Shown here: positions 19,028-27,835 of the stretch, piece by piece | Position numbering within the stretch: position 1 is the first letter of the stretch | Layout: each line of letters opens with the position of its first letter | DNA from: a virus | Taxonomy: Duplodnaviria; Caudoviricetes | Virus record (IMG/VR): IMGVR_UViG_3300027759_000282 | Location: 1-32,159 of that record | DNA length: 32,159 bases | Reading direction: 5' to 3' (one strand) | Notes under the pieces: generated by a model | The model's database searches: none | What the model was told of the DNA's origin: nothing | What the model saw: the letters and a program-made list of their open reading frames with translations, nothing else | Made by a program: the position numbers and the translations under genes

Positions 19028-19372
19028 TTAACTTTGATTCCCGACAGGTGTTACATACACAAGTGAAGGGCCAGCACCAACGCCAATCATGCGAACATAA
19101 AAGGGTATGGTAGGGCAAGCCAATACAACAGGGGTTGTCATCAACGGAGGAAGCAAAAAGTCGCCAGGTGTACCAGACACCGGCAACACAGCAGCGCCCA
19201 CATTGGCATCACCTAATTTAACCGCAACGGCGACTGCGCCGGTGTTTAGAAACGATGCAAAATTAACTTGATCGTTTACTTGGTCATTAATGATGGTTGC
19301 CGATGTTGACGATGCTGTCACAGAGATAGCGGTTGTTTGACCAACCACTCGCAGGACAGTCGTGTTAGACAT
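19028..19372 (-). CDS. Hypothetical virion structural protein
   Basis: 114 aa, beta-rich, ends VYVTPVG; tightly packed in the structural operon. Confidence 0.6.
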   Translation of the reverse strand: MSNTTVLRVVGQTTAISVTASSTSATIINDQVNDQVNFASFLNTGAVAVAVKLGDANVGAAVLPVSGTPGDFLLPPLMTTPVVLACPTIPFYVRMIGVGAGPSLVYVTPVGNQS

Positions 19373-19373
19373 A

Positions 19374-19700
19374 TTAGACCGCCGTTACAGGCAATGGGCC
19401 TTCCGCACGAACGATTTGGATTACATACGTTCCTGCGGCTGGTGTTGCGCTTGCAGCGGTAGCATTCAAAAACTGCAAAGACAAAACGTTTGCGGTGTAG
19501 CAATCTGCTTCACCAGGAATTATTCCTGCGGTTTGGGCAGAAGTTGCACCAATTACCAAAACAATGTCTGTAGTTTGCAGGCCAGGCACCGTAAATGTCT
19601 GAACGGCGCTGGTATAAGAAGCAACCGCAGCAGGGGTAAGGGAAGGGCCAATGTAGAAGGTTTCGTGGGAATTGCCACGGGTGACTGTCGTAGAGGACAT
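19374..19700 (-). CDS. Hypothetical virion structural protein (decoration-like)
   Basis: AAGGA SD before ATG 19700; QTFTVPGL---D beta pattern. Confidence 0.6.
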   Translation of the reverse strand: MSSTTVTRGNSHETFYIGPSLTPAAVASYTSAVQTFTVPGLQTTDIVLVIGATSAQTAGIIPGEADCYTANVLSLQFLNATAASATPAAGTYVIQIVRAEGPLPVTAV

Positions 19701-19736
19701 TTTGATTTCCTTTGTAAAGGTGTTTAAATTGTAACG

Positions 19737-19766
19737 AAAAAAGGCCACCCCCTTGCAGAGATGGCC
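19737..19766 (-). terminator. Rho-independent terminator after the capsid/decoration genes
   Basis: Minus-strand RNA GGCCAUCUCU-GCAA-GGGGGUGGCC (GNRA loop, G-U pairs) followed by U6. Confidence 0.85.
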
Positions 19767-19785
19767 CTCTTTCTTTTACATCAGT

Positions 19786-20229
19786 TTAGAACGGTACGCT
19801 AAAGTCGTAGCCGTAAACATATACGTCAAACGTAGCGCCAACGACTGCGGTAGTCAGTCCAGCGGTTACGTTCAAGTACAGGTTTTGTACTGTGTTACCA
19901 GTAGTTGATGCAGTAGGAGCAACCAACGACACGCCTGGAGGGGTACTCAGGTTTGCCGCAGTAATTGCACCGTACAGGCTAGAACCACCGGAAGTAGTAG
20001 CAACACCCATAGCCAAACCAGTAGGCGTTACAGAAGCGCCTGCGTTGTTCAGATTGGTGACGATAAGACTTTGCAACAGATAAACCGAGGAGTTAACCAC
20101 GGGAATTGGATAGTTGCCGGTAGCGTTAGCGGGCACGTTTTTAACGGTGCCGATAAGACGCAAGGTTGTGCCAGTGGTAGCACCTTGGGGATGTGCAGAA
20201 ATGGTTACTGCTGGGCCTGGATTTGCCAT
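19786..20229 (-). CDS. Putative capsid decoration protein
   Basis: Directly after the coat gene and before the terminator; AAGGA SD; ends FDVYVYGYD. Confidence 0.6.
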   Translation of the reverse strand: MANPGPAVTISAHPQGATTGTTLRLIGTVKNVPANATGNYPIPVVNSSVYLLQSLIVTNLNNAGASVTPTGLAMGVATTSGGSSLYGAITAANLSTPPGVSLVAPTASTTGNTVQNLYLNVTAGLTTAVVGATFDVYVYGYDFSVPF

Positions 20230-20259
20230 GATAAGTTTCCTTTAATAAAGTTAATGAAC

Positions 20260-20276
20260 GGGGAGGATTTCTCCCC
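20260..20276 (-). promoter_or_regulatory. Intergenic hairpin after the coat gene (weak terminator or stabiliser)
   Basis: GGGGAG-AAATC-CTCCCC on the minus strand, followed by GTTCATT. Confidence 0.45.
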
Positions 20277-20286
20277 CCCTGTCCAA

Positions 20287-21519
20287 TTAGGAGGCAATAC
20301 GGCAGGCCAACTCGGGATAGAGTGGAGCCCAGCCATAAAGAACGTCAAGACGGGTAGGAATCGAGTCGTTGTTGATGGTGTACTGACGCACAACACGCAT
20401 AGACAGACCGATTTCCTTATCGCTTGCACGACCAGCAAAGTGAACGCCATCAGGCAGTTCCAAGTCAGCAACTGCAAGCGTAAACGCATTGCGGTGCATC
20501 ATCAGATTTTGCGGGGAAGCCACACCAGTGTTGTTAAACGCCGTAATGTTTTGCGAACCGCTAGAAGTGATGCTGACGTTTTGGAATTGACCAGCGGTAA
20601 TGATAGCGGGGCTAACTTGTACCGATGTTGCGCCAGTTCCGACAGAAGTCGTAGCCATCACAACAAAGTTACGCAGTTTGCCGTAAGACTGACGATTCTG
20701 TGGGTTGACTGCAAACACGCCAGGGATAGTGAACACGTCACCAGCATTGAGCGTAGAGGCAGACGATGCAGCCAAAGAAATAGTCGAGAATTGCGACCAA
20801 CCAGAAGTCAGGAAGCCGGTGCCGGTGGTCACGTTGATTGCAATGGTGTTTGCGCTCCACGAACCAAAGGTTTGGCTAACAACGTTCTGATCCAGTTTCC
20901 AGTTGCATCCAGCCGAATCACGACCCATCAAACCTTTGCGATACTGTTCGCCGATTGCTTCTTGGGGCACAAATAGACCCTTGAGGCTGTCAACGATAGT
21001 TGCAGAAGTAAACGGCTCAATGATGACCGAACGGCGACCGTCACGGGGAGCGCCTTCGCTGTCCAAGTAAGCGCCAGCGGTCAGATAAGTAATCAGACCA
21101 GTGGGAGGCGTACCGGCAGTGCCGACGATGTTCGCGGTGTTCAGATTAGCCATAACCATACCATCGCGGTCAATCTTATTGGCGATTGCAGCAACAGCGG
21201 GCTTCAGCACGCGATCCGAGAACATATCCAGCGACAGAGCCAAGTCCTGAGTGGTGAACTGGGTATCAACGTGGAACTGAGTGGACAAGGTAACAGGCAC
21301 CGATGTCTCGTTGAAATCTTCAACGTTCAAGGCGGGGCCAGTTGTACCGATAAAACGACCAGGTTTACGGACGTTTACGGTGTTACCGATTTTCGCACCA
21401 ACAACGGCAAATTGGTCGTCATAGTTGCGGTCTACTTCAGAAGTGAAGGTAAGTTCGTTCTCCAAGACCATCAGCGCTTCGTTGGTGATCTTGGAAATAG
21501 TTAGCAAATTGTTTGCCAT
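20287..21519 (-). CDS. Major capsid protein, P22 coat (gp5) family
   Basis: MANNLLT---IT-EAL--LEN-L, KIG-TVNVRKP, RLDVLYGW----PE-ACRI. Confidence 0.93.
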   Translation of the reverse strand: MANNLLTISKITNEALMVLENELTFTSEVDRNYDDQFAVVGAKIGNTVNVRKPGRFIGTTGPALNVEDFNETSVPVTLSTQFHVDTQFTTQDLALSLDMFSDRVLKPAVAAIANKIDRDGMVMANLNTANIVGTAGTPPTGLITYLTAGAYLDSEGAPRDGRRSVIIEPFTSATIVDSLKGLFVPQEAIGEQYRKGLMGRDSAGCNWKLDQNVVSQTFGSWSANTIAINVTTGTGFLTSGWSQFSTISLAASSASTLNAGDVFTIPGVFAVNPQNRQSYGKLRNFVVMATTSVGTGATSVQVSPAIITAGQFQNVSITSSGSQNITAFNNTGVASPQNLMMHRNAFTLAVADLELPDGVHFAGRASDKEIGLSMRVVRQYTINNDSIPTRLDVLYGWAPLYPELACRIAS

Positions 21520-21541
21520 GATTTTTCCTTAAAAATAAAAA

Positions 21542-22447
21542 CTATCGAATTCGACCAGCCTTGCGAGCCGCTTTCCACGCTTGGTAACTTCCGTGAAACT
21601 GACCGTCTGAGCCAATTTCCACTTGGTTAGCGTTTCCAGCATTCCGAATCGGGCTGATCGGTGGTGGTGCTTTACTCTTACCGACAGGATTACTCTGCTT
21701 AGTCTCAGGTTGCTTCTCAAACTTCGCTTCCAACTTTCCAATCTCGCGTAGCGCAGCAAATGGCGACATTGAGGCTATCTTCTTTGCAAGATCGTCCTCT
21801 TTGGCTAAGTGATAAAGGATTTGTGGGCCTACGTCACTCTCCAAAATGGCATCACGAATGGGGTCGCTTACCGCAACACCACTTGAGGCCACCATGTCAT
21901 CAAAATCGGGAATATCGGCCTTCGCTGTTGCAACCTTCTGCGCCCAGGTAGAAATTACTTTCTGCCGCGCTTCGTCTGCCCTGCGCTCCACATCTTCACG
22001 ATCTCGCCTAACCAATGCCTGCTCAGCCGACCAATCTGCCAATGCCTCTGCATATTCAAAAGCATCCGTAAATTGACTCGGTTGAGGCTTTTCGTCAGCC
22101 GCTTTAACCTGTTGGGGTTGCTGCTGCTGCTTTATAGCCGCTAACTCAGTCTCCAGCCTTTGCCTTACTTCACGTTCCTGCGCCGCTTCTTGGCGGGCCT
22201 GTTCGCGCTGCTTGGTTATCTCTGAAAACCGCTTTTCGAGTTTCGGATTTTGTTTCCGTTCCTCTGTCGATTTCGCTTCCTTTTCTGCTCCTGATTCACT
22301 CCGGTCATCGTTATCTGTCGGCTCTGAAGGAGAATCCTCAACTTCAGCCTCGGCAGAACTTTGACCGGCTAAATTCATTTTGGTAGCATAAAAATCCGCT
22401 GCATTCTCGCTAGTCAATACTTGACCGGCTTCTTTTTCACTTGACAT
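21542..22447 (-). CDS. Scaffolding protein
   Basis: Between portal and coat; acidic N-terminus, coiled coil, S-APPPI-P, basic C-terminal helix (WKAARKAGRIR). Confidence 0.82.
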   Translation of the reverse strand: MSSEKEAGQVLTSENAADFYATKMNLAGQSSAEAEVEDSPSEPTDNDDRSESGAEKEAKSTEERKQNPKLEKRFSEITKQREQARQEAAQEREVRQRLETELAAIKQQQQPQQVKAADEKPQPSQFTDAFEYAEALADWSAEQALVRRDREDVERRADEARQKVISTWAQKVATAKADIPDFDDMVASSGVAVSDPIRDAILESDVGPQILYHLAKEDDLAKKIASMSPFAALREIGKLEAKFEKQPETKQSNPVGKSKAPPPISPIRNAGNANQVEIGSDGQFHGSYQAWKAARKAGRIR

Positions 22448-22511
22448 GAGTTTCCTCAAGATTTTTGCCCAGTTGAAACCCAACTGGTAAGGTTGTGTGG
22501 TTTATACCACA
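22445..22511 (-). promoter_or_regulatory. Structured leader of the scaffold gene (three hairpins)
   Basis: TGTGG/CCACA (22496-22511), CCAGTTG/CAACTGG (22469-22487), and TGAG-GAAA-CTCA covering the SD and the A of ATG. Confidence 0.55.
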
Positions 22512-22514
22512 AAT

Positions 22515-24599
22515 CTATATTGCTCTTTCTATTGTTTCCAAGGAAGCGGCGCGGGACGATGCCCTATCCAAATTTGCCAACAACATGGCAACTTCGGCCT
22601 TCATGCGCTCAATTTCCTTTTGAGTTTCAGTCTTAATTACAGTTTCGTGGGCCGATGCTTCCATCTTCATTTGCATTTCTTGGAGGCGCTCGGCGTTTGT
22701 CAATTCAAGACCGTGGGCGCGGTTTGTCTCTTTAATCAATGTGCGCTTGGTTTCGGCATCTTGCCTGACTTGCTCAATGTCCTGACGCTGCTTGATGACC
22801 ATTTGCATTTGCTGCATTTGCTCTTGCATTTGCTGCATTTGGGCCTGATTTGCCTTGAGTTGCATCTGAACTTGGGGCGGTACGGGCGATTTATCGTCAA
22901 TCTGCGACATGGGATTAGACGCTGCAAGCCGGTCGGCAATAACGTCTGCGCCAGGGAAATCCATGTTTCGGAACACCAAATCGCCGGCAACTTTGAACAA
23001 TTCGGGGTTGCCGTTTACCAATGGCATCATGGCATCGACTGCGGCTTGGCGCTTGGAATTGAAGCCTGGCCCCGTATCCATCACCACATCGTACTGTCCG
23101 ACAGTCATGTCGTGCATGACCTTGTACACGCCTTGATCGTCTTGGCTCGGCTGGTTAATATTGACCAAATCAGGCTTTCCGTCTGCCCCGATGATCCGCA
23201 TTACCCGCTGGGAGTCGTAAATATGGGGGATCAGGTCAAGAATAATCTTGCCGGTTTGGGCAATTGACTTTGTAAGGTTGTCGTAAAAGTCAAAGTTTGT
23301 TAGGTCAACCTGTTGTTGTTGACCATTTAGCGCCTTGCCTGAAATATTGCCTGGCATCTGCTGTGATGGGTCATAAATGCCCATCAAAGTGGCAATATCG
23401 GTGTTTATCCCTGCCGCTGCTGCCATGACACCGGCAGGCGGTGGCTCGGGCTGGAGGCGTTGGGGAGGCGGTGCAGATTGTCCATCAATGTCGGTTTGCT
23501 TGTAGCGCAGCAGGGGGAATGACTTAACGTTAGCCGCCGCCCATTCGCTTTCGTGGCCCTCATCTTGGCCCTCTGCCATGATCCACTTAGCCTTGGGAGC
23601 CAGCGCAACCGATTCCGTAATAGTGGTCTGCCAAAAGTTGTACATCCGTTGGGCATCCTTGGCGTGACGAATCATGCCGAACTTGTGGCGCTTGTCACCA
23701 ATGACAACGTGCCGCCCGTAAACGGGAACCACGGGGATATAAGTGCCAGGCCAATCGCGTTCTTCTATGACCTCGACTGCGGTAAGTTTTTTCCACTTAA
23801 TTGTCCGCTTAAAGGATTTGCGCTCACCAATGATCTGAATGCCTGCTGCCTCAAGACGGGCGCGGAAATCCTTACCTTCAGCGAATTTGGACGTTCCATC
23901 GCTCAATTGGTACAGGGTTGCCGATTCCCGTTTAACGTAGAAATACTCGGCAATGCGTATATCTTCCTTGGTAATCCATTCGGATTGACTGTCACCCGTG
24001 CCCCGTTGGGTGAAGGACGTTCCATCATCATTGTCGGGGTATAACTTGCGGAACTTGGCCTTGCTCATCATTGTGGTGATAAGGCAGCGCTCTGCGTCTG
24101 AACCATCTACACGCTCGGAATTGGGGTCAAAGTAAACGGTAAAAGGATTAGGAATAGCGTCAATGTAGATTTCCTGATCGAACGAATCCTCTTTGACGTA
24201 ATCGGTGGTGATGCGCCAATAACCCCAGCCCATACGCACGGCATGGTCAAAACCTGTATCGTAGGCGTTGTCGGCGTTGGAATTGACCTCAATATGGCGG
24301 CACATTCCTTCAATTACGTCTGCGGTTTTAACGTCCGCTTCGTTGTTGGTGGCGTGAACCTTGATCCGAGGGCGTTGTTGGCGCTGCTGATTGGTGACTT
24401 GGCGGCAGTATCCGTCCAACTTGTTGATCGTCAGGACAGGGCGCGATTCAAGGTTGCGGGAGTTTTGCAGTTCAACGGGCCATTGGTCACCATTGACGAA
24501 CTTTAAATCCTCCAAACCTTCTTGGCGATTCATCGTGTCTGCATCGTTGCAGAGTTTGAGGAAGTCAATCGCTTCGTCAATAATTGGGTCAATATCCAT
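22515..24599 (-). CDS. Portal protein, P22-like
   Basis: F--GDQW, RP-LTINKL, G-GYWRI, VYFDP, YIPVVPVYG, KDAQRMYN, SGKAL, G-YDV--D-GP---SKR; Gln-rich barrel. Confidence 0.93.
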   Translation of the reverse strand: MDIDPIIDEAIDFLKLCNDADTMNRQEGLEDLKFVNGDQWPVELQNSRNLESRPVLTINKLDGYCRQVTNQQRQQRPRIKVHATNNEADVKTADVIEGMCRHIEVNSNADNAYDTGFDHAVRMGWGYWRITTDYVKEDSFDQEIYIDAIPNPFTVYFDPNSERVDGSDAERCLITTMMSKAKFRKLYPDNDDGTSFTQRGTGDSQSEWITKEDIRIAEYFYVKRESATLYQLSDGTSKFAEGKDFRARLEAAGIQIIGERKSFKRTIKWKKLTAVEVIEERDWPGTYIPVVPVYGRHVVIGDKRHKFGMIRHAKDAQRMYNFWQTTITESVALAPKAKWIMAEGQDEGHESEWAAANVKSFPLLRYKQTDIDGQSAPPPQRLQPEPPPAGVMAAAAGINTDIATLMGIYDPSQQMPGNISGKALNGQQQQVDLTNFDFYDNLTKSIAQTGKIILDLIPHIYDSQRVMRIIGADGKPDLVNINQPSQDDQGVYKVMHDMTVGQYDVVMDTGPGFNSKRQAAVDAMMPLVNGNPELFKVAGDLVFRNMDFPGADVIADRLAASNPMSQIDDKSPVPPQVQMQLKANQAQMQQMQEQMQQMQMVIKQRQDIEQVRQDAETKRTLIKETNRAHGLELTNAERLQEMQMKMEASAHETVIKTETQKEIERMKAEVAMLLANLDRASSRAASLETIERAI

Positions 24600-25880
24600 T
24601 TAGGCCATCCATGACTGTGGTGCGTTGTAGGTCGGTTTCGCTACCCGTTTCTTTGGCTCATTGACAACCAGCCCCAACATTCTGAACGCATCCGCACCAT
24701 GCGAATATTCGTCATGGAGTGGGTTTTTGCTGAACAACTTAGTGTCAGGGTCAACGTCAAACCGATAATGTCTCAAACATTGTAGCCCATCCGCGCAGTT
24801 TTCCCTATCAAACCAGCAATTCCTAAAAAGCGTCCTTGCGGCGTTAATACTATCAGGAATTGGCGTTCTTGGGATAATTTTGGTTTTGTAGCCTGCCGCC
24901 CGAACAATTTGGTCGATAGAACGGCCTGCCGCTGCGAGGGTCTTATTCTCTGCATCGTGTGGCAGCCAGAGTGTATCGTAGACGTAACCATAGGTTTGCA
25001 TCTTGGCTAGGTAGTCGGAAATGGTCTTTTGACTGTCCTCATGGTAGCGAATTAGGCGGGTTTCCATGCCAATAAACTGGACAAACCATATCGCTGTGGC
25101 ATCCGACCAACCCAAGTCAAACACCGCATGGACGGGTTTTGTGGCATCGTAGGCGACTTTGGTGATCCGTTCTTCTAGGTCTGCCATCTGCATTTCGCGG
25201 GCGAATACGGCCCCATCCACGGTTTGGCGGCAGATTCCCTCCCAAACGGTGTTATAGGATTCAATGTCCCTGTCCCGCAGGGAATTCTTCTCAATCTCCA
25301 GCGTTTCGGGAAACCAAGGGTTGTCAGACCAATTGATCTTTTGAACAATGGAGTTGCCAGGCGGGTGGAGAACAAACCGTTGGTAGGTTTCGTCCGTTTC
25401 CAACTCAGGGTTAAACGTAACCCATATCTCAGAATCCTGCTTACGAATCGTAGGAATTAGAACATTCCACGACAACCGGCTGGTTGTTTGGGCTTCTTCC
25501 ACCCAACAAATATCTACGCCTTCGTAGGATTTGACGTTAGCCACGTTGTTTTTAAGGCCAACAAAAGAGAATTCGGTGCCGTTCTTGCCCCGTAGACTGC
25601 TTTGCGTGATCTCATAAAACCCGTCTAGCCGTAGATCAATGATCTGGTCGCACAACAGTTTGTGGACGGAATCCCTGATGGAAGTCTGAAACTCACGGGC
25701 GCAAAGGATGCGTAATGGCCTTTGAGCGCCTTTAATCAGGAGCGCCCTTGCTACCCCCCAAGACTTGGCGCCGCCCCGTCCACCGTACAGGATTCGATAT
25801 CTTTGCTTCTCAGGCCGAAACAGGCATTGCAGTTTCTCGGGGAACTGCGCTTGGCTTACTTGGCCTTGAACTTCACTCAT
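24600..25880 (-). CDS. terL: Terminase large subunit (PBSX/Terminase_3 type)
   Basis: YGGRGGAKS Walker A, CAREFQ-SI-DSV, WVEEA Walker B, LIPTIRK--SEIW-TFNP, RNase H-type DLG-SD and SHGADAF. Confidence 0.95.
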   Translation of the reverse strand: MSEVQGQVSQAQFPEKLQCLFRPEKQRYRILYGGRGGAKSWGVARALLIKGAQRPLRILCAREFQTSIRDSVHKLLCDQIIDLRLDGFYEITQSSLRGKNGTEFSFVGLKNNVANVKSYEGVDICWVEEAQTTSRLSWNVLIPTIRKQDSEIWVTFNPELETDETYQRFVLHPPGNSIVQKINWSDNPWFPETLEIEKNSLRDRDIESYNTVWEGICRQTVDGAVFAREMQMADLEERITKVAYDATKPVHAVFDLGWSDATAIWFVQFIGMETRLIRYHEDSQKTISDYLAKMQTYGYVYDTLWLPHDAENKTLAAAGRSIDQIVRAAGYKTKIIPRTPIPDSINAARTLFRNCWFDRENCADGLQCLRHYRFDVDPDTKLFSKNPLHDEYSHGADAFRMLGLVVNEPKKRVAKPTYNAPQSWMA

Positions 25881-26283
25881 TCGGCTGAACGAACGTAACC
25901 TGGATGCCGCTTATTAATGGAGCGCCATCAGCACCCGTAATCTCTGTCTTGGTCGATTCCCGATACTTCTTGGGAAACCTAGAAGCCATTGATCGTGACC
26001 ACATTGTCGTGTTGATCTTGTCCGAATCCCTGTTCTCAATTAGGAATGCTTGGGCCTGTTCTTCCCACCAATACTGCTCATATTGCTTAGCGTCCTCCAT
26101 AGCGTGCATAAATTCTTCATGTTCATCACGCCATTTATAAAATACTCTAAGGGAAAACCCTAAGATTGAAGCAATTTGCTCTACGCTTTTGCCAAGTTTG
26201 CCCAATTCTATAACTTTATCGCATATTTCAGCGTTATAGAGTGTTGGTCTACCGACAGGGCGTTTTTCAATTACTTCGGTCAT
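25873..26283 (-). CDS. terS: Terminase small subunit
   Basis: GRPT-Y N-terminus, HTH, C-terminal EITGADGAPL; immediately upstream of TerL. Confidence 0.85.
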   Translation of the reverse strand: MTEVIEKRPVGRPTLYNAEICDKVIELGKLGKSVEQIASILGFSLRVFYKWRDEHEEFMHAMEDAKQYEQYWWEEQAQAFLIENRDSDKINTTMWSRSMASRFPKKYRESTKTEITGADGAPLISGIQVTFVQPNE

Positions 26284-27263
26284 TCTATTGCTTGCTGGTT
26301 GCGTTCAAGAATTTTCATTTGGGCTGGGTCAAACACAACCATGTTGCGTGTGCCTTGTTCTGCCGCCCTGCTTTGAGCGTCAAAATACTTTATTCCTGTA
26401 ATCCCTGCGTCTTGCATAACTTTTGCCCCTTGGGAGCCTTTGCCTACCTTTGCCAGCAAATCCCCGCCCAAATCTTCGTGAGGCACTCCATAGGCATCTG
26501 CCAAGGCTTTTACTTCGGGCGTTTGTTGGTGAATTGGTGCGTCCCAATCAAGCATTTTGGAAATGTGAGGGTCGGGCAAGTCTACTTTGTAGAAATTTGG
26601 TTGCTCAACAATGCCTTTGAATTTGTTTATGTCAATGTTTTTTGCAAAGTTTTGCATTGCCGGTGAAGCGTTCTCAGGGTCTAAATACTCATCAATCATG
26701 GTTTTGGGGTGATTCCTAGTCATCAGGCTTTCCCAAAATCCCAATTCTGAATTTATTTCTGCAATTTTTTCATTAGAGGCTTTTTGTCGGTAAGCCATGT
26801 CCTGTTTTCTTTGGGCTTCGTCATACCAAGTTTGCAGATTTCTGCCCTTGTACTTGGTTTTGGACGGGTCAATGCTCATGCCAGCAGTGGTGTATTCTTT
26901 GGCGACATTGGGGTTTTCAGCAACGTAAATGCCATATCCGTAACTTTGATTGCCTTCTCCGCTGCCAATCTTTGATTTGTCAAATTGGGTAAATGGATGC
27001 CGACTGCCGTGGTAGACAGTCATTCCAGCAGGGTTGTAGCCTTCTGCTAATTGCTGGGCCAATTGCATCTGCTGCGGGCCTTTTAGCCTTTGCGTTTGCT
27101 GGAATTCAGCCGCCGCAGCGTCACCCTGCTGGTTAAATGTCCTTGCTCGGTCATTTGCATAGCCGACCATCTGTTGCAAACTTGTGCCTGGGTTTTGGAC
27201 AAAATCTGCCGCATTCCGCTTGGCAGAACCGATGGCGCTATAGATGTCGGCTAGGGTGGGCAT
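26280..27263 (-). CDS. ADP-ribosyltransferase-fold protein (ART-PolyVal-like)
   Basis: VYHGS---F--FD---IG-GEG-Q-YGYGIY-AE----A--Y, FYKV, G--GIKY and N-VVFD match my recollection of the ART domain of phage polyvalent proteins. Confidence 0.72.
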   Translation of the reverse strand: MPTLADIYSAIGSAKRNAADFVQNPGTSLQQMVGYANDRARTFNQQGDAAAAEFQQTQRLKGPQQMQLAQQLAEGYNPAGMTVYHGSRHPFTQFDKSKIGSGEGNQSYGYGIYVAENPNVAKEYTTAGMSIDPSKTKYKGRNLQTWYDEAQRKQDMAYRQKASNEKIAEINSELGFWESLMTRNHPKTMIDEYLDPENASPAMQNFAKNIDINKFKGIVEQPNFYKVDLPDPHISKMLDWDAPIHQQTPEVKALADAYGVPHEDLGGDLLAKVGKGSQGAKVMQDAGITGIKYFDAQSRAAEQGTRNMVVFDPAQMKILERNQQAIE

Positions 27264-27406
27264 TATTTTCTCTTTTTGACTTTTTCGGCTTCTCGCTTCT
27301 CAGCATAGGCGATTGCGACTGCCTGTTTCACGGGTTTGCCGGCCTTGACTTCGGCTTTGATGTTCTCTTTGAACGCCTTGGGGCTGGCTGATTTCTTGAG
27401 TGGCAT
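27263..27406 (-). CDS. Small basic protein, 47 aa (not in the ORF track)
   Basis: MPLKKSASPKAFKENIKAEVKAGKPVKQAVAIAYAEKREAEKVKKRK. Its TAA overlaps the next ATG. KQAVAIA motif. Confidence 0.8.
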   Translation of the reverse strand: MPLKKSASPKAFKENIKAEVKAGKPVKQAVAIAYAEKREAEKVKKRK

Positions 27407-27407
27407 A

Positions 27408-27680
27408 TTAACAGTTCCAGTTTTTGAGGGAGGCTTTGGCGCGTTCTGCTGGCCCTTTGGCGTTCTTTACCACGCCCTCCATTCGAGCGCAAAAACTTGC
27501 CTTGCGCCCTTCGTCCTTCTTGGTCTTAGGGTTTGGGGCTGGCGGCTTGAGATTGCTGCCGTTCTTGGCGTTGTACTCAGCACGGCCTTTGGCGGTCATT
27601 CCTGCGCCCTTGTCGGTAGGGTTATAGGTTTTGTCCTTGCCCGTAGTTTTGTGGGCAATAGGCTTGTCGTGTTTTTTCAT
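27408..27680 (-). CDS. Small basic protein (RKASFCARM type)
   Basis: G-TAKGRA-YN---GSNLK-P ... R--SFCARM-G ... L--W-C; Lys-rich. Confidence 0.8.
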   Translation of the reverse strand: MKKHDKPIAHKTTGKDKTYNPTDKGAGMTAKGRAEYNAKNGSNLKPPAPNPKTKKDEGRKASFCARMEGVVKNAKGPAERAKASLKNWNC

Positions 27681-27835
27681 TTCTTTGCCGTTTTAGCAGA
27701 TTCTTTAAATGCTTTGGCAGTAGGCGCACCCTTGGCACCAGGCGCTCTCATGCGCTCTACGGGTTTACCCTTAGCCTTTTCTTCCTTGATACGCTCTTGT
27801 TTAGCGTGAATATTTGCGTAAAGTCCTGGTTTCAT
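27677..27835 (-). CDS. Small basic protein, 52 aa (not in the ORF track)
   Basis: MKPGLYANIHAKQERIKEEKAKGKPVERMRAPGAKGAPTAKAFKESAKTAKK; ATGA overlaps at both ends. Confidence 0.8.
   Translation of the reverse strand: MKPGLYANIHAKQERIKEEKAKGKPVERMRAPGAKGAPTAKAFKESAKTAKK

Noticed and set aside
20229-20290. Read-through or frameshift fusion of coat to the downstream decoration gene
   Set aside because: The genes are in frame but separated by three TAA stops, and the G7 run lies after the coat stop codon.
20071-20976. 301-aa plus-strand ORF opposite the coat gene
   Set aside because: No recognisable motifs; typical antisense frame of a strongly codon-biased gene.
22497-23267. 256-aa plus-strand ORF with LHLLHLL repeats
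   Set aside because: Mirror of the Gln/Met-rich portal barrel codons.
27336-27809. Hydrophobic 157-aa plus-strand ORF
   Set aside because: Antisense to three Lys-rich genes; Lys codons give Phe/Leu on the opposite strand.
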